A program made the position numbers and the translations under genes. Below, piece by piece: positions 36,910 to 48,876 of a DNA stretch of 64,000 nucleotides. The notes beneath the pieces were generated by a model. It was not told the DNA's origin, searched no databases, and was given only the letters and a program-made list of their open reading frames with translations. The stretch lies in contig OX638151.1 of the NCBI GenBank assembly GCA_951804945.1, positions 62,744,001 to 62,808,000 on the forward strand. The letters are read 5' to 3'. How positions within the stretch are numbered: the stretch's first letter is position 1; each line of letters opens with the position of its first letter. This DNA is from Podarcis cretensis. Lineage: Eukaryota.

Positions 36910-39160
36910 TTTAAAAAATAATATTTATTAATATTTTAAAGACTGCAAAAGAAAGACAAAGAATTAAACAAAACAATACAATACAATACAATACAAAAAC
37001 TAAAACACCACACAACACCAACCCCCAAACATTAAATTAACAAAACCAAACAAACACAATTTAAAACACATCTAATAAGTTCAGTATCTTAACTTTTATT
37101 TACTTGTTTCAACGACCTCCTCACACCTCCCTTTTTGTATTTCACTTTAATTAACTGTTTCAGCAATTCCTTTCCATCTTCCTCTGTTTTCTGTCCTGTA
37201 ATTTATCTTAACATATTCTAACCTTATTTTTCCCTTTAATATATAATTGTCTTAACATATTTTAGCTTTATTTTCCCTTTAATACTCTAATAATCTATTT
37301 GTACTTAATTCCTTGTAACATTTCTACTAAAGCCATATAGCTCCTTTCCAACATTTTTCTAACACTCATTAATTTTACAATATTTTTATAAATAGTCTTT
37401 AAACTTTTTCCAATCTTCTTCCACCGACTCTTCTCCCTGGTCCCGGATTCTGCCAGTCATATCCGCCAATTCCCTATAGTCCATAAACCTGGTGATCTTC
37501 TGTCCGATGCTCTTAACTCTTTTCCAAGTCCCTTCTGCGAGTCTTCTTCATATTTATACATCGAACTTTACTTTGTCTTCCACTGATCTTATTTTCATTT
37601 TCCTTCCTTTAAGGCTAAAGAGTAGATCTCGGGGTAACTCCCACCTAAAGATGATTTTATTCCTTCTTGACAGGGCAACCAAATCTCCGTAGTTAAATCT
37701 AAGATCCGAAAGGTACTTCAGGACATCTTTCAAAATTTCCACTCTTGACTGTTGTTCTTCTAAGTTCCTCTGGTAGTTCCAACAGTCTCTTATTTTGTTC
37801 TTCTCTTTTTTCCCTCCTCTTCCAAGTCCGAGAGCCCTCACAGTTTTAATCTCTTCTTGACCCAAGTCCCGGTCCCAAAAGTCATCAAATTCCTGTGTAA
37901 GGAAATCTATCAAACTTCCCTTCTCCAGTTCAGGTAGGGCTCTGATCCTCAAAATCTGATTTTCTTTAAATTCAATCATAGCAGGCATCAACTTATGGTC
38001 ATCAAATTGCATCTGTAAGGCTGGGACTCTCTCTCTCTCCAATTGTGTTACTTTAGGTTCAACGGCAATAACTTTCTCCCTAGCCTTCTCCGCAGTTTGC
38101 CATGTCAAAGTAGATTCCTGTGTCAGTTTCTGAATAGTTTCTATATTGGTGTTCACTTTTTATCCCAAATTGTCAATTTTGGTAGTTACCACATCCACCT
38201 TTTTGTGAAGCTGTTCCAGTGAGTCACTTATCTTACATAATACAACGACTAAGGCCTCTTCTGTCAACATTCTTAACCGATTCAAGGTCCCCAGAATCTC
38301 ACAGGTTTTTATCTTGCAGCTGGAAATTCCCCCAGCTCAACTCTTGTGACAGTTTCAAAAGCTTCCTCTAGAGGGAAACAGTTCCTCTAGAGGGAAACAG
38401 TTTCTATTTGTATTAGTCCTTTTAAACTCAATTCAAACAATAAAGTTAGTTTCAATTTTCTGTTACTTTTACTCCATGGAAACAATGTATTCCTCTTATT
38501 TAACTAACTGTCAGTGAACGTTCTAATCACGGTCAGTCCTGTTGGCAGCCTGTTTCCAGCATCGGAGGGGTGGTATATTAACTCTGTTCGCTCTCTCCTG
38601 CAGGTATACTCAGTCCAAAACTTTCCCCCCTCTTCTCCTGCCACCAAGGGGGGTTTAGTATTTTTTACTGATGGAAATTTAGTTCTTTACAATAGGCTTT
38701 CCGAGACTTCAGCTTGCATCCTCATTGCTTCAATCTATTTACAAAAGGGGAAGGTGGACTTCCTGTTTTAGACCTCCCCGTTTCGGCACCAAATTAAGAC
38801 GTTTAAAAATCCAATTCTCCACTCTACTCACGGGTAGTTGCTTTAAGATCAAATTGTCCACAAGAAAAAGTCAGCGCTCTCCGGCAACAGCTATGCGGCT
38901 TCGCTCCATGGAAGAAGCAGTCAACTCGAAGCACCGCACCGCTCACCCTACGTCGCTCCGGATCCCCGAAACCGGGTTTCCCCGGGAGTAGGGGAGGCGC
39001 AAAAGGTGCCAGCTGAATCCCACGTTCACAGGCTTCACCCGCCTGTGATTTCTAGTGGGTCTCCGCCTTCGCCGTGGCGGCCAGACCCAGATTCCTACGA
39101 AGCAAATTCCTCCCGATCAGAGGAATTCCGCCATTACCGGAGGTGCTAACCCGGAAGTCC
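36910..39160 (-). mobile_element. Full-length internally deleted L1-derived non-autonomous retroposon (element A, ~2.25 kb)
   Basis: CpG-rich 5' UTR starting GGACTTCCGG, then an ORF1-like region, the tip of ORF2, a 3' UTR and an AATAAA/A-rich tail. TSD GTCCTTAAAAATTAGAATATT at 36889-36909 and 39157-39177. Confidence 0.88.
37554..38270 (-). pseudogene. L1 ORF1p-like remnant (coiled coil, RRM start, CTD)
   Basis: ATG at 38270 with an in-frame TAA at 38162-38160. Heptad-like region, LRIRALPE and FRWELPRDLLFSLKG motifs resemble vertebrate L1 ORF1p. Confidence 0.7.
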
Positions 39161-40967
39161 TTAAAAATTAGAATATTATGAGCCCAGTATGTCCCCGACC
39201 AGAGGTACTACCCCTTCCCTAACATCCCATGCACTCCTCTTTTAATTACTTATGGTGTAATCTTATGGTCCCTGGGAGGGCATCCCAGGTCCCAGAAGGT
39301 TTTGCATATCTCCCTTTCTACAGACAGAACAGGAGGTTCACCAATGGAGACTCCTCATTCTGTCTTCAAAATCCCCAGGTCTCTGATTCTAATAGTGGAA
39401 AGGGTAAAAAGGAAGTGTTCCAGGGGCTTGGTTCGGAAGGCATTAGAATCAGTGGATACAATAGCCTTCTCTTGCCCTAAGATGCCCCAGAAAACTGATG
39501 GGAATTAGTAAGAGGATATATTAATTATATTTAATCTTCTACAGATCCACATGTGTTGGTTAACAAACAAAGGAAAAAAACAGCTGGTGCCTGTTTTTAA
39601 AACACACAGGGCTAGCACACAAAGAGCCCCAGTAGCAGAGTACTACGTACAATCATTAAGAAGATTAATGAAGCATAGGACTGGGCTATTAAACCTTCTT
39701 TTATTCTGTTCAGCTGTGTGAAGCGGCTGACCTCCCACTCTACTCTCATGCAATGAAGTAGACCACACTCTGAAGTAAGTTTAAAAAATGATTTACTTAC
39801 TTAATTGACGTTACGGCCGTGCATTTTCCTTTGTACAACAGAAATAAAACAATGCAGGTAAAACACTTGAAATTCAGCAAAGCTGGGAGCTAAAGTTGAG
39901 GCATTGCAGTGTGTCAGAGAGAGGGGGGTTAATGTGAATTCTAGGGATCAAATTATGTGATAGAGGAAATTGGAGCTTTCAAAGAAACAATGTGCATATT
40001 GATTTTGTGTTCTATTATTGAAATTCAACTAAGTCCATTGATTTCAATAGGTCTGCTCTGAGTATGATTAATATTGGATATTGGTCTGTAAACAGAATGA
40101 AGGTGGAGTATATGGGGAGTATAGGGTGGAAGATAAGGTCTCATCTTGCATTTCTTGCTTAGGAAAAGAACCCTCACCTGGTCCTGTTGTTTTCAGATAT
40201 GGTGAGCAAGCTTTTGCCCTTTTACTTTGATAGCTTTGTTTAGTTTGGTTCGTTCTGACAATCTTCATCCTATTTTAATAGTCTATGATGAAAGTATACA
40301 ATGAAGGATAATTTTTATCAGCATTTCCTCCTTGAGGTCTTATTGCCATTGCGGAAAATCTGTTCATAGACAATGGACAAGAGTAGCTCTATCCACACAT
40401 ACAAGATCCAGATTTCTGTGGGTTAGGGGAGAAGCGTCATGTTTACCTCACCTACTGAAATGTCAAAGGCTAGCTCAACTCTTAACTAATGGATTCTTTT
40501 TTCACCCCCTCAGAATTTGATGGGATGATTACTTTGCAGATAAAGTCATTCAACACCCTTAAACTTCTAACAGATGTAGCATCTGCCTCATAATATGTGC
40601 ATTTACATTATATATGTTGATAACCACATCCTGTTTTCCCAATGGCTACAAAGACATATAGTTGATTCCTGTTACTCTTTTTTCAGAGAAGAATTAAGTT
40701 AAACCACGAGCCATCCTACAAGCACAATTTGTTTCCTCCCCAGTCCCCGGTGCTCATTGATAGAAAGAGCATCGCCTTTTGTCCAGTACTGCTTCCATAA
40801 TTATCACTGTAGGATGAGAAACCGGACATGGCATATCACTATGGCCTTAGAGCAGGGGTCAGGAACCTTGTCCAGCCTGAGGGCCACATTCCCTCATAGT
40901 CAACCTTCTTAGAGCCAGATGCCTGGGGTGAGTGTGGCCAGGGGTGGGCCCTTTGTACAATGGTCTA

Positions 40968-41810
40968 CAGGTCTGGAGGCGGTTGAAGGATGGGTGGCAG
41001 CTAACAGATTGAGGTTGAATCCTGACAAGATGGAAGAACTGTTTTTTGGGGGACGGGGTGGGTGGGATGGGGGTGGGGGCCTCCCTGGTCCTGAATGGTG
41101 CGCAGCCTGGGAGTCATTTTGGACTCAAAGCTGTCCATGGAGGCACAGGTCAATTCTGTGTCCAGGGAATCTGTCTACCAGCTCCATCTGGTACACAGGC
41201 TGAGACCCTACCTGCCTGCAGACTGTCTCACCAGAGTGGTGCATGCTCTAGTTATCTCCCGCTTGGACTACTGCAATGCACTCTACGGGGCTACCTTTGA
41301 AGGTGACGCAGAAACTACAATTAATCCAGAATGAGGCAGCTAGAGTGGTGACTGGGAGAGGCCACCAGGACCATATAACACTGGTCCTGAAAGACCTACA
41401 TTGGATCCCAGTATGTTTCCAAGCACAATTCAAAGTGTTGGTCTGATCTTTAAAGCCCAAACAGCCTCAGCCCAGTATACCTGAAGGAGCATATCCAGCC
41501 CCATCGTTCAGCCCGGACACTGAGGTCCAGCTCCAAGGGCCTTCTGGCGGTTCCCTCACTGCAAGAAGTGAGGTTGCAGGGAACCAGGCAGAGGGTCTTC
41601 TTGGTAGTGGCGCCAGCCCTGTAGAACACCCTCTCATCAAGGAAATAAACAACTACCTGACTTTTAAAAGACATCTGAAGGCAACCGTTTTTAATGTTTG
41701 ATGTTTTATCGTGTTTTTAATATTCTGTTGGGAGCCATCCAGAGTGGCTGGGGAAACCAACCAGATTGGTGCGGTATAAATTTTTATTAGTAGTGGTAGT
41801 AGTAGTAGTA
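40968..41810 (+). mobile_element. Degraded L2 LINE (RT C-terminus to 3' end, (TAG)n tail)
   Basis: NRLRLNPDK, SLGVILDSKLSMEAQV and ISRLDYCNALY in shifted frames. Confidence 0.9.
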
Positions 41811-41872
41811 TTCAGCTAAGCCTGTTATTAAATGTCTACATGAATCTGAGCCTTTATTTCTTAAAATGCGAG

Positions 41873-42698
41873 TGTCAGAGCTGCCCCTAGGTCCCAGCTC
41901 ACAGAGGACCAACGCCAGGCTGTAGTTATGTACAAAAGTCTTTATTGAGGTTCAGTTTCCATTTCAAAGCCGCAGTGCACAGCTCTACGTCTTAAAGCCT
42001 AGACCGGCGAAGTACCGTCTGAGTCTCCTCCCCTATGACACCAGTTTAAGATCCTAGCCCTGCTCCACCTTCTACGCTGCTCTCTCCTCCTCTGGGTCCT
42101 CCTGCCCGCTGGGGCATTGCCCTTTCTGGACTCTTCCGACGCTGAGTCGCTTAGCTCCTCCCCCTCCCTCCGGCGGGCTTTAGGACCCGGTTCCCAATCT
42201 TCATTCTCTGCTGTCCCGCGCTCCTGTACATTTGAACTTGCCTCTCGCGCCAACGTAGTGACCTTCCTCCTGACTGTTACACTACTTCTGTCACTGCTTC
42301 CCTCTTCCGGGATACTGGCCGGATCTGACCTCCCCTCCGTTGTCTGACTCTCCGATGGGGGTGTGGTCAGCCCTGCCTCATCTTCTCTCCCTGGTGGGGA
42401 ATGCACTGGCCCCGATCCTCGGGACTCTTCCCCCCCACTCTGCTCTGGTGGGGAAGCTGGTCCTGATTTCCAACTACTGCTCTGGGAGTCCCTGCTGCCC
42501 CCTTGCTCCTGGGGCGTTCCCCTTGGGAACCCCCTACCCTTGGCCACTGGCGCCCCCTTCTGTGAATCTTCCGATTCGCTGGAGAGGCTCATGGAATCCC
42601 TCAATCCACTGTCCTCTTCTCCTACGCTCCCCTCGGATTCTTCCCCTTCGCTCTCCATCTCCTCTCTTCCCTGTGCCTCTGCTCCTGAACCCCTGACA
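41873..42698 (-). mobile_element. Solo LTR copy 2, 826 bp
   Basis: TGTCAG...CTGACA termini. TSD GCGAG (41868-41872) / GTGAG (42699-42703), differing by one CpG transition. Minus-strand AATAAA at 41941-41946. Confidence 0.88.
41999..42697 (-). CDS. LTR-internal ORF, 232 codons (219 aa from ATG at 42658), homologue of 17565-18263
   Basis: Same length, same stop position and no frameshift relative to copy 1. Confidence 0.55.
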   Translation of the reverse strand, partial: VRGSGAEAQGREEMESEGEESEGSVGEEDSGLRDSMSLSSESEDSQKGAPVAKGRGFPRGTPQEQGGSRDSQSSSWKSGPASPPEQSGGEESRGSGPVHSPPGREDEAGLTTPPSESQTTEGRSDPASIPEEGSSDRSSVTVRRKVTTLAREASSNVQERGTAENEDWEPGPKARRREGEELSDSASEESRKGNAPAGRRTQRRREQRRRWSRARILNWCHRGGDSDGTSPV

Positions 42699-44764
42699 GT
42701 GAGTGAATTGTGGTTTGAGTGGCTGTTTCTTCTACCAACATGAGGAAGAACATAACACAGTGAACTGAATCAAAAGCAGGTTGTAGCATAGTGCTCTTGC
42801 CCCCTGCAATTTCCTGAGCTTGTTGAAAGTATAATGCACAAGTGCCGTGATCCTTCATATTCTAATGTGTGGTTAAGTCCCTCTGAAGTTACTGGGATGA
42901 AATATGAATAATTGTTTACGGAACGGCAGCCCAGGATATATAAATACCATTATTTATTTACATTTGTTTGAAACTGTAGAGATATTTAGTGACATGAAAG
43001 CACTGAAAAGCCTTAATTAGAAATCGGAACAAGATGTCAAAGTAACTAATAGGGCATAGTAATAATGCACTCCGCAGTGTGTAGGTAAGTGGGAGTTAAG
43101 AGAAGGGCATGACCCAGACTTCAGTGGGTGATGTTCTCAGGAAGATCTCTAAGTAACAATGTGCACTCTGGGAAACAGAACTTGAAGGGCTTAAAATGAG
43201 CTTAAAAAGCAAAACGAAGGAGGGAAGAGCCTACACTAATTGCACAAACCATGTACCCATGATCACATTAAAGTTACTAAATCCACATTTGGGACTAACA
43301 AGCGGAAACTGCTGAGCGAATGATCAAACAGATCTCAGTTCCCAATTATCAAACACAAAGCTGGAACTATTTTTATGTCTCAACTATTTTTGGAAACCCT
43401 CTATTTTAACTTGCATTCAAACTATGTAGATCGCCGCTGAAAGGAGCCACAATGTGATGCTAAGGCTTTCAACTCGTTAGGACAAGGAATGTTTTTAATT
43501 CTGAAGGGAGGAGGCAGAGAAAGACAACATCAATTACAGGAACATGAAACAACTCCCGAATTCAATACAAGGGATATATTATTAATTTAAGGAATCATGC
43601 TCTTTCAACTTGGGACGATTGCCGAGGAGATAGTTGTAACATCTTAGAGATGATACATGTGTGCTGTTTTTACAAGAGGCACTAAATTTCCCTGGGTTTC
43701 AGTTTTCTTATCAAGCCTTAGCTCACTGTTGGGAATGGGCTATAGGATAGTGCTCTTTGTCCTTCCAGCAGTTCTGCAACTGAACAAAACAGCAGTTAAC
43801 ACTTAAACCAGGACAAGAAGCTGGGGATGCAAACTGATTTCAAATCCTGGTTAAGCACACACCCCAGTGACCTTTAACTGCAGTTAATATTGTTGTCAAC
43901 ATAATGCTTAACCATAGTTAAGGAGTTAGGGGATGAAACAGCTGGAATCACTGTGTCCACATAGTTTAAGCACATGGTTAAGCAATCAAAAGTGTTATGC
44001 CTGCACTGGGCCAAGAGCGAAAGTGTTCTTCCTTGGTTGTGCTGGTGTTTCATAGATGCACATTACAGAGGATCCAGGAAAACCTGATACGGTTATTACA
44101 AAAACTCAATAGGAATGATGTACAGTATGGATTACATGTTAGATCCGGACACACTTGCCATTGCCATGACTGAGGCTGCAATCCTATTATTTCTGTAGTG
44201 TGTGCGTCAAACGTTGATATATTGCATCTCCAGGCAGTGAACAAACAGTACTCAGAAAACAACCAGTATTCAGATGTACTTCAAACCACAATGCCAGCTA
44301 TTACAAATCAGCCAAAGCAAAGGCAAACAAAAGGTCTTCAACATGCATTAGAAGTGTTAGAGTGTTGGTACATGCCTTATTTGGGGGCAAGGGCAGGGGC
44401 TATTCCAGAGTATGGATACCACCACAGAAAGAGCCATCTTCCTAGCTGTTCCCAGATAGGCATCTGTAGGATACGACAAACCCAGGAGGGTCTCTGAAGA
44501 TGATACACACACACCTCCGCTCAGCTCAAAGGGGCTTTTGAGGAGTCATGTATGGGATTGCACTGTGGAAAGAAAGAAAATAAAAACCTAAATATATGGG
44601 TAAGCTTTAAGTCTACTCCGAAGAGAACATTAGACTGTTCCTCCAGCCTTGAAGGGAGTGTTCTGTCCCCTGTTTGTCCATCAAGTTGGGTAAGTGGAAG
44701 TTTTATGGTCCATTTATGGTGTATTTATTGAACACAATAAACGCATATGGGAATTTGTACTCAC

Positions 44765-45082
44765 TGGCTTAGACGGCTTTAAAGGGGGATTAAAAAAACT
44801 CAAGGAGGAGACATCTATCCATGACTGTTAGCTAAACAAAATCTCCAGGGTGGGAGGCCTTACACTTCTCTGAATGATGCTAGCTGCTGAAGGACAGCTA
44901 CCTCCACTGTCAAAGGCAGTACTGCTTTTGAATACCTGTAAACTGCAAGAGGAGAGAGAGCTGCTGCTTGAGGTTCTGTTTGTGGGCTTCCCACAGGCAT
45001 TTGAGTGGCCACTGTGAGATCAGGGAGCTGGACTAGATAGGCCTTTCGGCCTGTCTCAGCAGGTTACTCTTACATTCTTATG
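44765..45082 (+). mobile_element. Old CR1-like LINE 3' end
   Basis: TTAGACGGCTTTAAAGGGGGATTA...GGACTAGATAGGCC...CTCTTACATTCTTATG. Confidence 0.65.
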
Positions 45083-45282
45083 ACAAACAGCATTCTGTTC
45101 CTTTGTTAGGGGCTTTGCAGAAGCATCTGGATGGCCACGGCTGGATGTTTTGAATGTTTTGAACTGGAATAAAACAGTGCTAGTACCAGGAAAGGTGAGA
45201 TAAAAAAATCTAGCTTGCCCTCTCTGTTCCCATCTTCAGGAAAGAGCATTTTAGGTGCAAGGCCCCCCAAGATGGCAGTCCA

Positions 45283-45284
<2 letters not shown>

Positions 45285-45328
<44 letters not shown>

Positions 45329-45358
45329 TTTTATTTGTATCCCGCCCTCCCTGGGCTC
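45285..45358 (-). mobile_element. Ultra-short L2 3' end with (TTA)n tail
   Basis: (AAT)n followed by ATCCCGCCCTCCC, as at the 12808-12822 L2 terminus. Confidence 0.7.
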
Positions 45359-46252
45359 ATATTTGTGTATTTTACTTGATTTGCAATAAAAAAATTTAAA
45401 AATCTATACTGCCATCACCAAATGAGCAGTGCTAAGAAAGAGTGCATTTGAGCATGTACAAAGCTCTCTGTAGCACCACTGAACAACTGCAACCATTCCT
45501 TGCTATTGGGGATAATGGGCTTCCCTGCTGTGACTTTTGGCATGCTTGAGAACGAAAGAGTTTCAGCAGTATACGTTGCCTCTAATTGTTAAGCACTTTA
45601 ATAAGCTATTCTTTGGCAGTTTTACAACTTTGTCTCTGAAGAAAATTATAAGTCACTTGCACTGCAGCAGCCCCTCCCACCTTAAGCCTCAATCCCACCA
45701 AAAATAAAGCCCACCTTTATGCAGCAATGTGGCACAGCCTTCCAAACTTCCTTTTTATATAGATTGTGTTTTGTTTTGTTTTGTTTTGTTTCTTTAATTC
45801 TCTGTGTTTGGTTTCCATGGAGGGGAACCAATTGCGGGGAGTGTGCAAAATAACGTCAGGCCAGAGAGGCGTTTCGTTTTATTTTGCTTCAGACTTTTTC
45901 TGCAGCCTGATTGGTGGAAGCAGCCTGATTCCAAGAGCACGTTGCAGAGAGACCACGTTTGGAGCGAGGCCCATTGGGCAATGAACCTTGCGGGCTATTA
46001 ACCCACAGCCTGCAATTTGTAAATGTGCAGGATACTGAGTCAGTAGAAAAATAATTTTAAACATCTGTGGTATTCTTCAATTCCAGATTAATTACACTGC
46101 TCAGAATCTAACGTTAGCCAGAAATTTCAAGCCTTTCCACTGCTATGCTGGGAATGCTGTAGTTCCCTTTGTATTTGTCACTCCTTTCTTACAGCATGAG
46201 GGTTTCTTTGCTATCCCTTGGCATGCATCTTGTTTTTCTTGCCCTAATTCTC

Positions 46253-46253
46253 T

Positions 46254-46293
<40 letters not shown>

Positions 46294-46295
46294 TC
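46253..46295. repeat. (TTTC)n microsatellite
   Basis: Direct run. Confidence 0.95.
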
Positions 46296-46367
46296 CAAGG
46301 GTTATTTATTACAGTTTCAAGACTAAATGTAGGGCACGAACGGCCCTATCAGATTGTTAGTATAGAG

Positions 46368-46535
46368 ACATAAGAAGTTCCCTTCTACTGAGTCAGACCA
46401 TTCTAGCTCAGCTTTGTCCACACTGACTGACAGCAGCTCTCTGGTCTTTGAGGCAGGAGTCATTCCCAACTCTACCAGGAATGTAACCTGGAACCTTCTT
46501 CAAGCAAAGCAGATGCTCTGTCCCTACTCTGCACA
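46368..46535 (-). mobile_element. tRNA-derived SINE (Squam2-like), degraded
   Basis: Minus strand AGAGCATCTGCTTTGC...GGTTCCAGGTT...GAGCTAGAATGGTCTGACTCAGTAG. Confidence 0.6.
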
Positions 46536-47966
46536 TCCCCTTCCCCCTTAACCAAATGGAGCACGATCAGGGGGAGACATGTTTGGTGAGGACAGGAAAC
46601 AGGGCCTTCTCGGTGGCTCCTCCCAGATTGTGGAGCCCCCACCCTACCTTGCTCTGCTTTCATTTCGCCTGCAGCAAAAGACTTTTTGTTCCAACATGCC
46701 TTTGGCCACTAAGTGGCTGTTGTGGCAGGGACTTCTAAGGGTGGGTGTTTTCAGTGTTGTGTTTATTTTATTTTAAAAAATATTTATATTTGTTGTGTGC
46801 TTTTAGTTGTATCCGTTTTAATTTATGCTGGGAGCCACCTTGGGTCCTGCTTTGGGGGGAAATATGGGATATAAATAATATGTTTTTAAATAAATAAATA
46901 AAGGAAAAGGAAGGAACTGCCATTTCTCCAAAACGGGGGTTAGTCACTACCATTTCTGGTTTCCATGAACTCATGAAAGCACTGGATTGTCCAGACAGTG
47001 AAAGACCTCTTGTTCCCCCTTTTTATTGTTTCCTCTCTCACATCCCAGCATATCCTACCCCTGCAGAGGTGGTGAAGCATGGCAGGACATTTCCAGGTCC
47101 AACCTGGGTCACCTTCATAATGCTCCCCCCATCTCCTCCTTCCCACTCAATGCCAAACAAAACAAAACAAAACCTGTAGGAGCTTGAACAGTCTATTGAA
47201 TACCAATTCTTTCCACACAGCAGAAGCTTATGGGCTGTTCAGCACAATATTTCCAGTTTTCCCCACATCAGAAAGGGGTCTGGGATATCTGCAGCCAATG
47301 TGCATTATCTGCATGGTTCCCCTGTCTTTGCAAACCCACCCACCCCCCAAAGTCCCATTCACGAAGCTGCCATCTGCGCAATGGCTTCCTCAAATGTACA
47401 CACCTCAGCTGGACTGCAGAGTGAATGTGGCTTAAGTTTTCCTTCCAGATTGAAGCTGGTTTGAGGGGGACTGCATCAAACAGTAGTATTCGTCTAGAAG
47501 CTACGGGCTAGCCCTGCATCGTGGGTAACTCTGTGTGTGTACACAGACTCCAAAGCCAGCAGTGGGAGCACCCTGGAGCCAGAGTAAACAGTAATGTGTA
47601 CACAGCCAAGGCAAGAAATAGTCATCAGGGCAGCTGTTCCTGTCCTCCTACCACCCCACCCACCCCACAGCTGTTTTTCTTCCTGTAGGGGAAAAAAGCT
47701 GCTTAAGATTTTGAGCAGAAGAACAGACAGAATGGAGGGGGTTAAGTAGCCCCTTTTGTGCTTTTCCCTCTGCCCTACCACTTCACTGTTGAAATCTGCA
47801 GACTCTGAAGGTCTTTCCCTCCTCCTCCTCCTTCCAATGTTTGATGTTTGAGGAAAATATACACACAATTGCAAGCCACATCTAGTTGGGACCAGCTACA
47901 ACTCTAGACAGGAGAGGATCCATGAAGCCATGGTTTCAAAACAATAATCCAGGGCAATGTAGAGGG

Positions 47967-48004
<38 letters not shown>

Positions 48005-48382
48005 GCTATTGCCACTATTCTTCCACCAGCAGGAGCACAAGCCCTATCTGGTTTTGTTACGCACAGAGTCATACATTCTTGCGCTGAATGGCTGCTAGAA
48101 ATGCCAATCAGAGCCTTTGTTTGGCACCACCACCAGCTGCTTGGGTTGCCAGTAGCTGCTTGTGGTGAGGGCATCACTGGCAGTCAATCAAAGGCTCTGG
48201 TGAGCATTATTAGCAATCAAGCTGAGGTAATAATCTACATGTGGGTTGTTTTTAATGGTCCAGGGTTGGATTTTCTAGAAAGCAATTGCTGCTGCATCCC
48301 ACACCAACCGCAGTCACTTCGACAACCAATAACAAAATGAATCCGGGAAGCTGAAGCCTCTTGACTACAGCCAGTTTTATTT

Positions 48383-48876
48383 ACTTCTCTTTTTAAAAAG
48401 TTTTTATTTATACATTTCAAATTTATACATTTCATTAGTTTTACAATCCATTTAACATTTCGAAATTTGACTTCCTTACCCCTCTTTCTGCGGTTCCTTA
48501 AATTTATTTTTTAACATCTTCTGCATATCCAAATTCATTTAACTTACTCATTTAATTATCTACTGTAAATATATACTGTTACAAAACTGCAGATTATTAC
48601 AATAATCCTGCTAATGTTTTTATCTGTTTACAATTTATCTGTAAATATTCAATAAACCATTTCCATTCTTTTATAAAAAGTTTGTAATCTTGATTCCTTA
48701 TTCTTCCGGTAAGTTTCACCATTTCTGCATATTCCGTAAGTTTTTGTATCCATTCTTCCTTTACTGGGACTTCCGCTTCTTTCCATATTGGGGCAAGTAA
48801 CATTCTTGCTGCTGTAGTAGCATACATAAATAAATTTCTATACAATTCAGGTAGTTCTGTCCCTATAACTCCCAAA
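48383..48876 (-). mobile_element. L1 LINE 3' fragment (ORF2 C-terminus and 3' UTR)
   Basis: ORF 48597-48875 contains LFMYATTAARMLLA and EYAEMVKLTGRIR..EWKWFIEYL. G-rich 3' UTR motif. Possible TSD AGTTTTATTT at 48373-48382 and 48877-48886. Confidence 0.8.
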
